64,000 bases of DNA from Acidobacteria bacterium SCN 69-37 (GTDB lineage Bacteria > Acidobacteriota > Vicinamibacteria > Vicinamibacterales > SCN-69-37). Position 1 is the first letter of the stretch, and each line of letters starts with the position of its first letter. A model generated the notes under the pieces. It did no database searches and was not told where the DNA came from. It was given only the letters and a program-made list of their open reading frames with translations. Shown one piece after another: positions 18,868 to 27,510 of this stretch. Both the position numbers and the translations under genes were made by a program. The DNA lies in assembly GCA_001724025.1 (NCBI GenBank), contig MEDJ01000007.1:18595-82594 (forward strand). Direction: 5' to 3'.

Positions 18868-19197
18868 CTAGATTCCCCCAACGTCGTCGGCGTCGATGGC
18901 CATCGCCTGCTCGTGATCGGTCACGGCGCTGTCGAGGCGATCGCGCACCAGCTGGAGCACGCTCACGTACACCGCCTCGCGGCCGTCGTCGTCGCGGACG
19001 ATGAAGAACGGGGCGCGCTCGACCTCGAGCCGCGCGCTCAGCTGCATCCCCGGGCTGTCGGGATCGCCCTCGCGGGCCCAGACGATGTCGTCGATGCGGG
19101 ACCAGAGCCCGCGCGAGTGCAGGTGATCGGTGGCTTCGGCACACTTGCGGCACTCGGTCCCGTCCGCAAGGATCTTCTTGACCATCGTGATGTGCAT
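18868..19197 (-). CDS. small thioredoxin/glutaredoxin-fold-like protein with CxxC (CRKC), function unknown
   Basis: ATG at 19197 preceded by AGGAGG. The beta-alpha-beta pattern with CRKC and a later APFFIV strand suggests a Trx-like fold. The family was not recognised with certainty. Confidence 0.55.
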   Translation of the reverse strand: MHITMVKKILADGTECRKCAEATDHLHSRGLWSRIDDIVWAREGDPDSPGMQLSARLEVERAPFFIVRDDDGREAVYVSVLQLVRDRLDSAVTDHEQAMAIDADDVGGI

Positions 19198-19277
19198 GCC
19201 GACCTCCTGCTGGTCATCCTGGTCATCGTCGCCGTCGACCGGCGAACGCGTATCCGGTCATGATACGTCGTGGACCA

Positions 19278-19634
19278 TCACCGCGCGAGGGCCGTGGCCC
19301 ACGCATCGGGCTTGAAGCCGACGAGCACGGTGTCGCCCGCATCGACCAGGGGACGCTTGATCAGCTTGCCGTCGGCGGCCAGGGCCGCGTACGCCTCGGC
19401 GTCGGACATCGTCGCGAGCCGTTCCTTGAAGCGCCCGTTGCGGTAACTCTCGCCGGACGTGTTGAAGAACCGGGCCAGGGGCAGGCCGGACCGTTGGTGT
19501 AACTGCCGCAGCGTCGCGGCTGACGGCGGCGCGGTCACGATGTCAATCGCGTTGACCGCCAGGCCCCGATCGGCCAGCCACTTCATCGCGTTCCGACACG
19601 TGCTGCACCTGGGGTACTGGTAGACGGTGATCAT
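19278..19634 (-). CDS. ArsC/Spx-family reductase-like protein (YffB-like)
   Basis: MITVYQYPRCSTCRNAMKWL ... LIKRPLV is typical of the ArsC/Spx/YffB family. Start at the internal ATG 19634 of ORF 19278..19805. Confidence 0.9.
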   Translation of the reverse strand: MITVYQYPRCSTCRNAMKWLADRGLAVNAIDIVTAPPSAATLRQLHQRSGLPLARFFNTSGESYRNGRFKERLATMSDAEAYAALAADGKLIKRPLVDAGDTVLVGFKPDAWATALAR

Positions 19635-19640
19635 TGGGCA

Positions 19641-19646
19641 ATTATA
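19641..19646 (-). promoter_or_regulatory. perfect -10 hexamer TATAAT, 6 nt upstream of the arsC-family ATG (leaderless-type)
   Basis: Minus strand reads CCCTATAATTGCCCAATG. The same ATAATTGCCC decamer recurs upstream of the ECF sigma gene. Confidence 0.45.
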
Positions 19647-19716
19647 GGGAGGCGGGGAGTCGGGGAGGCCGGGGCTCCTGCGCGTGTGGAATGTCGGGGG
19701 CGTCGGCTCCCTGGAG

Positions 19717-20613
19717 ATGGGTGAAGGGAATCGGAGCGTGACGAGAACAGTGGGTGAAGCAGCGGCCGAGTGCACGGTGGACAGTCTGATCGAGCGATAC
19801 GACATCTTCCTGCTCGATGCCTATGGCGTGCTCGTGACCACGCGCGGGCCGTTGCCGGGCGCGGCAACGTTTCTCGATCGACTCGATCGCGAGGGCCGCG
19901 CCTGGATGATCGTGTCGAACGATGCCTCGCGTTCGATCGACACGACGGTGGCGCGGTATCGCGACTTCGGGCTGCCGGTCACCGCCGATCGCGTCCTGAC
20001 GTCGGGGGCGCTGCTGGGCGGGTATTTCGAGCGCGAAGGCCTGGCCGGTTCGCGCTGCGTCGTGCTCGGCACCGCGGAATCCCGCGAGTACGTCCGGGAT
20101 GCGGGCGGCCTCGTCGTCGATCCCGGCGACGACAGCGCGTCGGTGTGCGTGGTCTGCGGTGTGTATAACGAGCCCGGCGCATCGTTTCTCGACACGGTCA
20201 ACCGCACCATCTCGCTCCTGCTCCGGCGCCTGGGCGCCGGGCAGCCGATGCGGTTCATTCTGCCCAATCCCGACGTCGTCTATCCCACCGATGTCGGCAC
20301 GTTCGCGTTCACCGCCGGCGGACTGGCGGCGCTGCTCGAAGCGGTGATCCGGTTGCGCGATCCGGATGGATTGATCCGGTTCGAGCCGCTGGGCAAACCG
20401 TACGCACCGATGTTCGACGCCGCACTCGATCGCGTGGGACACCCGGATCCGCGTCGCGTGGTGATGGTGGGCGATCAACTCGTCACGGACGTGCTCGGGG
20501 CCTCGCGCGCCGGCCTGGATTCCGTGCTCATCGAGACCGGTGTGTCGCAGCGCCCGGACCTGGAACGGGCCCCGGCCACGCCGACGTGGCTGCTGCGCAG
20601 CCTGCTCGCGTGA
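19717..20613 (+). CDS. HAD-superfamily subfamily IIA hydrolase
   Basis: YDIFLLDAYGVLV (DxxGV motif I), MIVSNDASRS and VMVGDQLVTDVLGA motifs. The start is uncertain (GTG 19684, ATG 19717 or an internal GTG). Confidence 0.85.
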   Translation: MGEGNRSVTRTVGEAAAECTVDSLIERYDIFLLDAYGVLVTTRGPLPGAATFLDRLDREGRAWMIVSNDASRSIDTTVARYRDFGLPVTADRVLTSGALLGGYFEREGLAGSRCVVLGTAESREYVRDAGGLVVDPGDDSASVCVVCGVYNEPGASFLDTVNRTISLLLRRLGAGQPMRFILPNPDVVYPTDVGTFAFTAGGLAALLEAVIRLRDPDGLIRFEPLGKPYAPMFDAALDRVGHPDPRRVVMVGDQLVTDVLGASRAGLDSVLIETGVSQRPDLERAPATPTWLLRSLLA

Positions 20614-20735
20614 CGCGGATTGTCACGGTCTCGTCAGCCCGTTGCACTTCCCCCGGATGTCTGCCACCATCGACTGACGACGCGCTGTCGGGCGGTGGAT
20701 GTGCCGGCCGGCACACGCGCGCGAGGATCGCAATC

Positions 20736-21053
20736 ATGGCCAACCGCCCGGTGACACGTGCCCTTCTTCTTCTCGCTCCGGCCGATCGCCGGACGCCTGC
20801 CGATGAGCAGGTGTCCCTCCTGCCGTATCTGATGGCCGACGACGATGACGACGAGGACGACGACCTCGACGAGGACGAGGATCTCGACGACGAGGATGAC
20901 GATCTCGACGAGGACGACGAACTGCGCGACGAGGACGACGAGGACGGCGACGACGAAGAACTCGACGATGACTTCGAGGACGACGAGGACGACGAAGAAG
21001 AGGAGGACGGGGATCTGACGGCTCAGCGCCACGTCCCCACGCGCGTCCACTGA
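20736..21053 (+). CDS. extremely acidic low-complexity protein (about 59-residue tract, 20838..21014, about 90 percent Asp/Glu)
   Basis: ATG at 20736 preceded by GAGGA at about 8 nt. MANRPVTRALLLLAPADRR ... then DDDDDEDDDLDEDEDLDDEDDDLDEDDELRDEDDEDGDDEELDDDFEDDEDDEEEEDGD. The opposite strand of the same tract reads as a V/L-rich ORF, so the strand assignment is not fully certain. Confidence 0.55.
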   Translation: MANRPVTRALLLLAPADRRTPADEQVSLLPYLMADDDDDEDDDLDEDEDLDDEDDDLDEDDELRDEDDEDGDDEELDDDFEDDEDDEEEEDGDLTAQRHVPTRVH

Positions 21054-21073
21054 TCCGCCAGGCGTGCCGCGGG

Positions 21074-21793
21074 TCAGTCCCGCGGCGTCGCCACGAAGCG
21101 GTACCCGACGCTCCGCACGGTCAGCACGTGTCTTGGCTGTGACGGGGCGTCTTCGATGTACTTGCGCAGCCGCGCGATGAAGTGATCGATCGCGCGGGTG
21201 TCCGTATCCTCCCGCAGGTTCCAGACATCCTCCAGGATGCTCTTCCGCGACACCACCTGGCCTTCCCGTTCGATCAGATAGCGCAGCAGGTTGACCTCCA
21301 TCAGCGTCAGTGGGTGGACGAGGTCGCCGACGCGCAGTTCCTGGGCATCGAAGTCCACGGTCTTGTCGGCGAACGTGAACTGATCGCCGGCCGGGACCGG
21401 ACCCGGTCGATCCTTCGCGTGCCACGCGTGGCGGCGGATCAGGGCGTGGACGCGCGCCACGAGAATCGCCAGATCGAACGGCTTGGGCAGGTAGTCGTCG
21501 GCGCCGGCCGCAAAGCCGCGGAGCACGTCCTCGGCGCGGCCGCGCGCGGTCAGCATGAGGATGGGCACGTAGTGGCCCTGCGCGCGCAGGTTCGCGGCCA
21601 CCTGGAATCCGTCGAGGCCAGGCAGCATCACGTCGAGGACCACGCAGTCGAGCGAATCGCCGGCCTCGGCCATGGCGTCGAGGCAGGCCTCGCCGGTGTC
21701 GACCACCTGCACCGTGTGCCCTTCGGCCTCCAGGTTGAATCGCAGGCCCGAGGCGATGTGCGGCTCGTCCTCGACGATCAGCAGGGCGCCCAT
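21074..21793 (-). CDS. OmpR-family response regulator
   Basis: Receiver domain (LIVEDE ... VLDVMLPGLDG ... KPF) plus a winged-helix trans_reg_C domain (VRSVGYRF). Start at the internal ATG 21793, 3 nt after the kinase stop. Confidence 0.95.
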   Translation of the reverse strand: MGALLIVEDEPHIASGLRFNLEAEGHTVQVVDTGEACLDAMAEAGDSLDCVVLDVMLPGLDGFQVAANLRAQGHYVPILMLTARGRAEDVLRGFAAGADDYLPKPFDLAILVARVHALIRRHAWHAKDRPGPVPAGDQFTFADKTVDFDAQELRVGDLVHPLTLMEVNLLRYLIEREGQVVSRKSILEDVWNLREDTDTRAIDHFIARLRKYIEDAPSQPRHVLTVRSVGYRFVATPRD

Positions 21794-21795
21794 CG

Positions 21796-22758
21796 TCAGA
21801 CCACGCCTTCCGGGGCCAGGGGCAGGTCCAGGTGGAACGTGGCCCCGCGGCCCGGTCCGTGGCTCGTGGCCCAGGCGCGCCCACCATGGCGCCTGGCTGC
21901 CGTAGAGACGATGAACAGGCCGAGCCCCGTGCCGCGGATACGCTGCGTCAGCGGCCCGGGGACGCGGTAGAACCGCCGGAAGACGCGCTTGAGATCCTCG
22001 GGCGGGATCCCCGGGCCGTGATCGGTCACGCGGACGACGACGCGGTGGCCGTGGCGCACGACGGCCACCGCCACGTCGACCCGGTCTCCCGAGTATTTGA
22101 TGGCGTTGTCGACGAGGTTCGTGATCGCGCTCGCCAGTTCCGCGCGATCGCCGAAGACGATGGCCGGGGCGGTCTCGGCGTGCGGCACCAGGTGCACTGC
22201 GCCCTCGGGCAGGTGCCGGCGCGTGGTGGCCAGGGCAAGCTGCTCGGCGACCAGGTCGCGGAGGTCGAACCGCGCGCGCTGCAGCGGACCGCGGCCGGCC
22301 TGGCCGGTCCGGAGCACCTGCTCGATCGTGTGCAGCAGGCGGTCGGTGTCTTCGTGCATCACGCCATAGAACTCCTGGCGCTTGTCCTCCGGAAGCGTCG
22401 CACTGCGGGCGCGCAGGGTGTCCAGGTGCAGACGGATCGAGGTGACGGGCGTCTTCAACTCGTGGGTCACGGCGTTGACGAAGGCGTCGTGCTGCTCGTT
22501 CCGTCGAATCTCGCGCACCAGGTAGGTCGTGTTGAGGATCAGGCCCGTGATGATCGCGGCAAAGACGAGCACGCCGAGGAGCAGCGGCACGACCTGCTGC
22601 CAGGTGAGGACGATCCACCCGACGTTCAGCGCTGCCGCCAGGGCGATCAGGCAGACGCTGAACGTGACGAAGAACGCGATGGCGCCGCGGCGGCCCGGAG
22701 CAACGCTCACGCCCCTCAGGATACGCCGAGCGGCGCTCCGGGAGCCTGCCGCACGCAC
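21796..22758 (-). CDS. sensor histidine kinase (HisKA/HATPase_c) with two TM helices and almost no external loop
   Basis: H-box THELKTPVTSI, N-box NLVDNAIKYS, G-boxes DHGPGI and GTGLGL. The N-terminus has two adjacent TM helices. GTG start, uncertain. Confidence 0.9.
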   Translation of the reverse strand: MRAAGSRSAARRILRGVSVAPGRRGAIAFFVTFSVCLIALAAALNVGWIVLTWQQVVPLLLGVLVFAAIITGLILNTTYLVREIRRNEQHDAFVNAVTHELKTPVTSIRLHLDTLRARSATLPEDKRQEFYGVMHEDTDRLLHTIEQVLRTGQAGRGPLQRARFDLRDLVAEQLALATTRRHLPEGAVHLVPHAETAPAIVFGDRAELASAITNLVDNAIKYSGDRVDVAVAVVRHGHRVVVRVTDHGPGIPPEDLKRVFRRFYRVPGPLTQRIRGTGLGLFIVSTAARRHGGRAWATSHGPGRGATFHLDLPLAPEGVV

Positions 22759-22794
22759 GCAGGCCCGGAGCGAGTGGTCAGGTCCGTGCCCGTT

Positions 22795-23691
22795 CTACGC
22801 CGCGCGCTGGACCTTGCCGTCGACCGAAACCCGGCGCACGTCCCAGATCAGGCCGAGCTTCTCGAACAGCCGGATGTGCAGGTACGTCACGTCGAGCTCG
22901 TACCACGCCAGGCCGTGCGCTGCCGACGCCGGGTGCGCGTGGTGGTTGTTGTGCCAGCCCTCGCCGAACGTCAGCAGGGCCACCCACCAGTTGTTGCGCG
23001 AGTCGTCGCGGGTGTCGAAGCGACGCGATCCCCACATGTGCGTGGCGGAGTTGACCAGCCAGGTGGCGTGCAGGCCGATCGTCGTGCGCAGGAAGACGCC
23101 CCACAGCACCCAGTTCCAGCCGCCGAACGCGTAGAGCACCAGGCCCAGGAGCGTGAGCGGCAGCCAGTGGTAGCGGCTCAGCCAGACGTGCACGGGATCG
23201 CGGCCCAGGTCGGGCGCGTACTTCGAGGTGATGTTGACCTCGTTGTGTTCGCTGTGGCCGAACAGGATCCAGCCCATGTGGGCCCACAGACCGCCGTGTC
23301 GCGGCGTGTGCGGGTCGAGATCGGCGTCCGAGTGCTGGTGATGACGGCGGTGCGTGGCCACCCAGAAGAGCGGACCGCCCTCGAGCGAGAGCGTCGCGCA
23401 GACCGTGACGAAGTACTCCATCGCCTTCGACGTCTTGTACGACCGGTGCGTGAGCAGGCGGTGGTACGACATGCCGATGCCGAACACCAGCGAGATGTAG
23501 TAGGTGACCAGCAGGACGACGAGGCCCGACCAGGTGAAGTCCAGCAGTGCCATGACCGCGCCGATGTGGAACAGCACCATGAAAACGCAGGTGATCCACG
23601 CGACCGTGTCGTAGCGATTGACCGCCGCGCCGGCCATCGTCGCCGTGCCGCCGGACTGCCGAACTCTTCCCGCCGTTGCCGTTGTACTCAT
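22795..23691 (-). CDS. membrane fatty-acid (acyl-CoA/acyl-lipid delta-9-like) desaturase
   Basis: Three His boxes: HRLLTHRSY, HRRHHQHSD and GEGWHNNHHAHP. ATG at 23691 preceded by GGAGGGAAGG. Confidence 0.95.
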   Translation of the reverse strand: MSTTATAGRVRQSGGTATMAGAAVNRYDTVAWITCVFMVLFHIGAVMALLDFTWSGLVVLLVTYYISLVFGIGMSYHRLLTHRSYKTSKAMEYFVTVCATLSLEGGPLFWVATHRRHHQHSDADLDPHTPRHGGLWAHMGWILFGHSEHNEVNITSKYAPDLGRDPVHVWLSRYHWLPLTLLGLVLYAFGGWNWVLWGVFLRTTIGLHATWLVNSATHMWGSRRFDTRDDSRNNWWVALLTFGEGWHNNHHAHPASAAHGLAWYELDVTYLHIRLFEKLGLIWDVRRVSVDGKVQRAA

Positions 23692-23863
23692 CTGCTGTCC
23701 TTCCCTCCAGGCCGGCGCCGTCGAACGGAGCGGCCGCGGGCTCCACGATACCAACCGGGTACGGCGCGGAATGTAAGAGTTGCGTAAGAGTCGACACGGT
23801 ATGCTGGCCGCGCCGCCGGCGGCGCCCCCACGGGGACCGGGCGGCTGTGTGAAGGGACGGGCC

Positions 23864-24124
23864 ATGGCACGCAGGGAGCCGGAACATTTCGACGGGGTCG
23901 AGCCCGCGCTGGTCTACGTGGCCCGGAAGCTCCGCCACGCCGTGCGCGTCGAAGCCCTGCTGACCGCGGCCGACATCGACTACGTCGTCGAGACCGACAC
24001 GTTCACCGCCGGCGTCATCTTCCGGACCGAGCGCACCGGCGCGTTCTTCTACGTGGCCCCTGACGACGAGCCAAGGGCACGGGACGTCCTGGCGCAGGAA
24101 GGCTACGCGGTGAAGGCGCCCTGA
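23864..24124 (+). CDS. small hypothetical protein (86 aa)
   Basis: Internal ATG of ORF 23780..24124 (MARREPEHFDGVEPALVYVARK...). GC3-rich. No family recognised. Confidence 0.5.
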   Translation: MARREPEHFDGVEPALVYVARKLRHAVRVEALLTAADIDYVVETDTFTAGVIFRTERTGAFFYVAPDDEPRARDVLAQEGYAVKAP

Positions 24125-24307
24125 TGCCCGTGTGGCCGACCTGTCCGAAAGGCGGGGTCGGGATCGCACGAAATCGGCGCGGAGACCGCTATAGTTAGGA
24201 GCTTCTCGACGGTGCGGGCGCGCGGCCGGCCGCCGGCGCGCGGCGTCTGGACGCCGGGCGCGCGGCACGGGACAATAGCCGGCCGGAACTGACGAAAGGG
24301 AGTGTCG

Positions 24308-25285
24308 ATGAAGATCTGCCGTGTCGTGTGGGCCGCCGCGTGGGTGATCGTCGCCGCGGCGACCGTGGCGTGCAGCGGACAGCCCGCTGCGTATCCGTCG
24401 CGGCCGCTGACGATGGTCGTGCCCTGGGGCGCGGGCGGCGGCACCGACGCGGTCGCGCGCGTCATCGCCACGGCCATGGAACGCGACCTCGGCCAGCCGG
24501 TCAACGTCGTCAATCGCACGGGCGGCAGCGGCGTCGTCGGGCACCAGGCGATTGCGGGGGCGCTGCCCGACGGGTACACGATCGGACTGCTCACCGTCGA
24601 GATCGCGATGATGCACCACCAGGGCCTCACCGATCTCACCCCGGCCGCGTTCACGCCGCTCGGCCTCGTCAACTACGACGCCACGGGCGTGCAGGTGCGC
24701 GCCGATGCCCCCTGGCAGACGCTGGGCGATTTGCTGCAGGCGGTGCGCAACGAACCCGGCCGCCATCGGGCCTCGGGCACGGCGCAGGGCGGCATCTGGC
24801 ACGTGTCGTTGTACGGCCTGCTCGACGAGCAGGGCATCGCTCCGGCTGCCGTGCCATGGGTGCCGAGCAACAGCAGCGCGGCGGGCCTGCTCGATCTGGT
24901 GGCTGGCGGCGTCGACATCGTCACGGCCTCGCTCCCCGAATCGCGATCGCTCATCGACGCCGGGCGCGTGCGGAGCCTGGCCGTGCTCGACGATCAGCGA
25001 TCGGCGCTTTATCCCGACGTGCCCACGGGCCGCGAGGCGGTGGGGACGACCTGGCAGATGGGCGTGTGGCGCGGCATCGGGGCGCCGGCGAACCTGCCGG
25101 ACGACATTCGCACGCGGCTCGAGACGGCGGTCAAGGCCGCCTACGACAGCGCCGAGTACGAGGCGTTCATGTCCTCGCGCGGCTTCGGCCGCCGCTGGGC
25201 CGGCCCCGAGGAGTTCGGCGCGTTCATGGCCGAGTCCGATCGGCAGATGGGCACGGTCATGACGCAGGTCGGCCTCGCGCGGTGA
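24308..25285 (+). CDS. tctC: tripartite tricarboxylate transporter substrate-binding protein (Bug/TctC family), lipoprotein
   Basis: AAGGGAG 7 nt upstream of ATG 24308. Signal MKICRVVWAAAWVIVAAATVAC. Bug-family motif VPWGAGGGTDAVARV. Confidence 0.9.
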   Translation: MKICRVVWAAAWVIVAAATVACSGQPAAYPSRPLTMVVPWGAGGGTDAVARVIATAMERDLGQPVNVVNRTGGSGVVGHQAIAGALPDGYTIGLLTVEIAMMHHQGLTDLTPAAFTPLGLVNYDATGVQVRADAPWQTLGDLLQAVRNEPGRHRASGTAQGGIWHVSLYGLLDEQGIAPAAVPWVPSNSSAAGLLDLVAGGVDIVTASLPESRSLIDAGRVRSLAVLDDQRSALYPDVPTGREAVGTTWQMGVWRGIGAPANLPDDIRTRLETAVKAAYDSAEYEAFMSSRGFGRRWAGPEEFGAFMAESDRQMGTVMTQVGLAR

Positions 25286-25292
25286 TCGCGGC

Positions 25293-25760
25293 ATGCACCT
25301 GAGCGATCGCCTGACAGGCCTGCTCGCCGCGCTCCTGGGCCTGGCCGTCATCCTCTACGCACGTACGTTTCCGCCCATGCTCGGACAGGACATCGGGCCC
25401 GCGCTGTTCCCCTCCCTCGTGGGCGCAGGCCTGCTGATCTTCGGCGCGGTCCTGGCGGCCACCGATGCGAACCTCGGCGCGCGCTGGGTCGAGTTCGCCC
25501 CCTGGACGCGCCGGCCGCGCATGGTGGTCAACGGCCTCCTGGTCATGGCCATGCTCGGGTTCTACGTGGTGGCCGTCGAGCCGGTCGGCTTCCTCGTCAC
25601 GAGCATCGTGTTCCTGGGCGTGCTGATGCGCGCACTCGGTGCGCCGCTGCGCGTGACGGTGCCGGTGGCCGTCGTCGTGTCGCTGGTGATCCACTACGTG
25701 TTCTATTCGCTGCTGCGTGTGCCGCTGCCGTGGGGTGTGCTGCAGGGGATCGCATGGTAG
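25293..25760 (+). CDS. tctB: tripartite tricarboxylate transporter TctB-family small membrane subunit
   Basis: 155-aa four-TM protein between tctC and tctA. Confidence 0.8.
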   Translation: MHLSDRLTGLLAALLGLAVILYARTFPPMLGQDIGPALFPSLVGAGLLIFGAVLAATDANLGARWVEFAPWTRRPRMVVNGLLVMAMLGFYVVAVEPVGFLVTSIVFLGVLMRALGAPLRVTVPVAVVVSLVIHYVFYSLLRVPLPWGVLQGIAW

Positions 25761-27253
25761 CGCACCTGGCCGCCGCGTTCGGCCTGCTGCTCGATCCCTA
25801 CGTGCTGGCCGTGATCCTCGTGTCGGCCGTCTTCGGTCTGTTCATCGGCGCGATCCCCGGGCTGACCGCCACGATGGCCGTGGCGCTGCTGGTGCCGGTG
25901 ACGTTCTTCATGCCGCCGCTGCCGGCCGTGGCGTGCATGGTCACCGTGACGGCGATGGTGATCTTCGCCGGCGACGTGCCGGGCGCGCTGCTGCGCATGC
26001 CGGGCACACCGGCGTCGGCCGCGTATTGCGACGAGGCGTTCGCGCTCACGCGCAAGGGCCAGGCCGAGACCGTGCTCGGCGCCGGTGTCGTCTTCTCGGC
26101 GATCGGCGGCATTGTCGGGACGATCGCGCTGATTTTCGCGGCGCCCGCGCTGGCCGAGGCCGCACTGATGTTCGGGTCGTTCGAGTTCTTCTGGCTCGTG
26201 ATGCTCGGCCTGACCTGCGCCGTGTTCGTGACGCCCGATCGGCCGCTGAAGGGGCTGATCTCGCTGATGATCGGCCTGCTCATCGCGAGCGTGGGCTTCG
26301 AGAACCCGGCGGCCTATCCGCGGTTCACGTTCGGATCCACGGACCTGATGAGCGGCGTGCAGCTCATCCCGGTGATGATCGGGATGTTCGCTGTGTCGGA
26401 GGTGCTGCGCTATGCCGTCACCGTCGATCAGCCGCTCGAGCGCGTCGAGCAGCGGATCGGACCGATCTTCGCAGGGCAGTGGCAGCTGCTGCGTCGATAT
26501 CCGGCCGCGACCGTGCGCGGCAGCGTGCTCGGCACGCTCGTGGGCGCGCTGCCGGGCGCAGGCGCGGACATCGCGGCCTGGATGTCGTACGGCGTCTCGA
26601 AGCGGTTCTCGAAGACGCCGGAGAAGTTCGGCACCGGGCACATCGAGGGTGTGGTCGAAGCCGGTGCGGCCAACAACTCGGCGCTGGCCGGCGCGTGGAT
26701 TCCGGCGCTGGTCTTCGGCATTCCCGGCGATTCCATCACCGCGATCGTGATCGGCGTCCTGTACTTGAAAGGTCTCAACCCGGGACCGACGATCTTCATC
26801 GAGAACGCGACGAGCATCTATGCCGTGTTCCTGGTGTTCCTGCTGGCCAACCTGCTGATGTTCCCGCTCGGATGGCTGCTGATCAAGACCGCGCGCCACG
26901 TGCTCCGCGTGCCGCGCGAGATCCTGATGCCGGTGATCCTGCTGTTCTGCGTGGTCGGCTCGTTTGCGATCAACAATTCGCTGTTCGACGTGGGCGTCAT
27001 GCTGGTGTTCGGGCTGGTCGCCTTCGTGATGGAATCGAACGGATTCCCGATCGCGCCGACGATCCTGGGCATGGTGCTCGGCGGCATGCTCGAACAGCAT
27101 TTCGTCACGTCGATGATCAAGGCCGACGGCAACCTGCTCGCGTTCTTCGAGCGTCCCGTGGCTGGCGTGCTCGGCGTGGCCACGCTCCTGATCTGGACGT
27201 CGCCGCTGCTGTTGCGCCTGTTGCGCACGGTGGGGCTCGGACGACGCGGGTGA
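25754..27253 (+). CDS. tctA: tripartite tricarboxylate transporter permease TctA
   Basis: ATG 25754 overlaps the tctB stop (ATGGTAG). About 500-aa polytopic protein with the TctA motif GAIPGLTATMAVALLVP. Confidence 0.95.
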   Translation: MVAHLAAAFGLLLDPYVLAVILVSAVFGLFIGAIPGLTATMAVALLVPVTFFMPPLPAVACMVTVTAMVIFAGDVPGALLRMPGTPASAAYCDEAFALTRKGQAETVLGAGVVFSAIGGIVGTIALIFAAPALAEAALMFGSFEFFWLVMLGLTCAVFVTPDRPLKGLISLMIGLLIASVGFENPAAYPRFTFGSTDLMSGVQLIPVMIGMFAVSEVLRYAVTVDQPLERVEQRIGPIFAGQWQLLRRYPAATVRGSVLGTLVGALPGAGADIAAWMSYGVSKRFSKTPEKFGTGHIEGVVEAGAANNSALAGAWIPALVFGIPGDSITAIVIGVLYLKGLNPGPTIFIENATSIYAVFLVFLLANLLMFPLGWLLIKTARHVLRVPREILMPVILLFCVVGSFAINNSLFDVGVMLVFGLVAFVMESNGFPIAPTILGMVLGGMLEQHFVTSMIKADGNLLAFFERPVAGVLGVATLLIWTSPLLLRLLRTVGLGRRG

Positions 27254-27307
27254 GCATGTTCATTGTCGGCGACCGGCCATCGGCCCCCGGACGGATTGTC
27301 CAGGAGC

Positions 27308-27460
27308 CTGCCGGAGTGTCTCGGCCGGAGCCCTGGGGCTTCCGCTCAGGGAATGTCTCAGTCGGAGCCCTGGGGCTTCCACTCAGGGAATGTCTCAGTC
27401 GGAGCCCTGGGGCTTCAGCCCCAGGGAATGTCCCCCGAGGCTGAAGCCTCTGGGCTCCGA
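27308..27460. repeat. REP1 cluster: three tandem 37-bp units ending in an inverted double hairpin
   Basis: Units start at 27326, 27363 and 27400 (CGGAGCCCTGGGGCTTCC[G/A]CTCAGGGAATGTCTCAGT x2). The third unit carries the intact CCCTGGGGCTTCAGCCCCAGGG hairpin, followed by CCCCGAGGCTGAAGCCTCTGGGCTCC. Confidence 0.9.
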
Positions 27461-27510
27461 GCCGAATGCACGGCAGCCGGCGGCCGGCAGCCGATATCAT
27501 CGAGATCCTC

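Noticed and set aside
20634-21070. Minus-strand V/L-rich reading of the acidic tract, as a membrane protein downstream of the response regulator.
   Set aside because: The hydrophobic run is interrupted by Glu every few residues and there is no good start or RBS. The plus-strand ORF has ATG plus GAGGA. This is not fully excluded and is flagged in the findings.
24124-24308. Possible riboswitch or leader upstream of tctC (G/C-rich palindromes such as GGCGTCTGGACGCC).
   Set aside because: There is no resemblance to any riboswitch class I can recognise. G/C palindromes are common in this genome.
27326-27460. Possible CRISPR array, because of regularly spaced repeats.
   Set aside because: The repeats are directly adjacent 37-bp tandem units with no unique spacers. 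There are only three units and no cas genes in the window.
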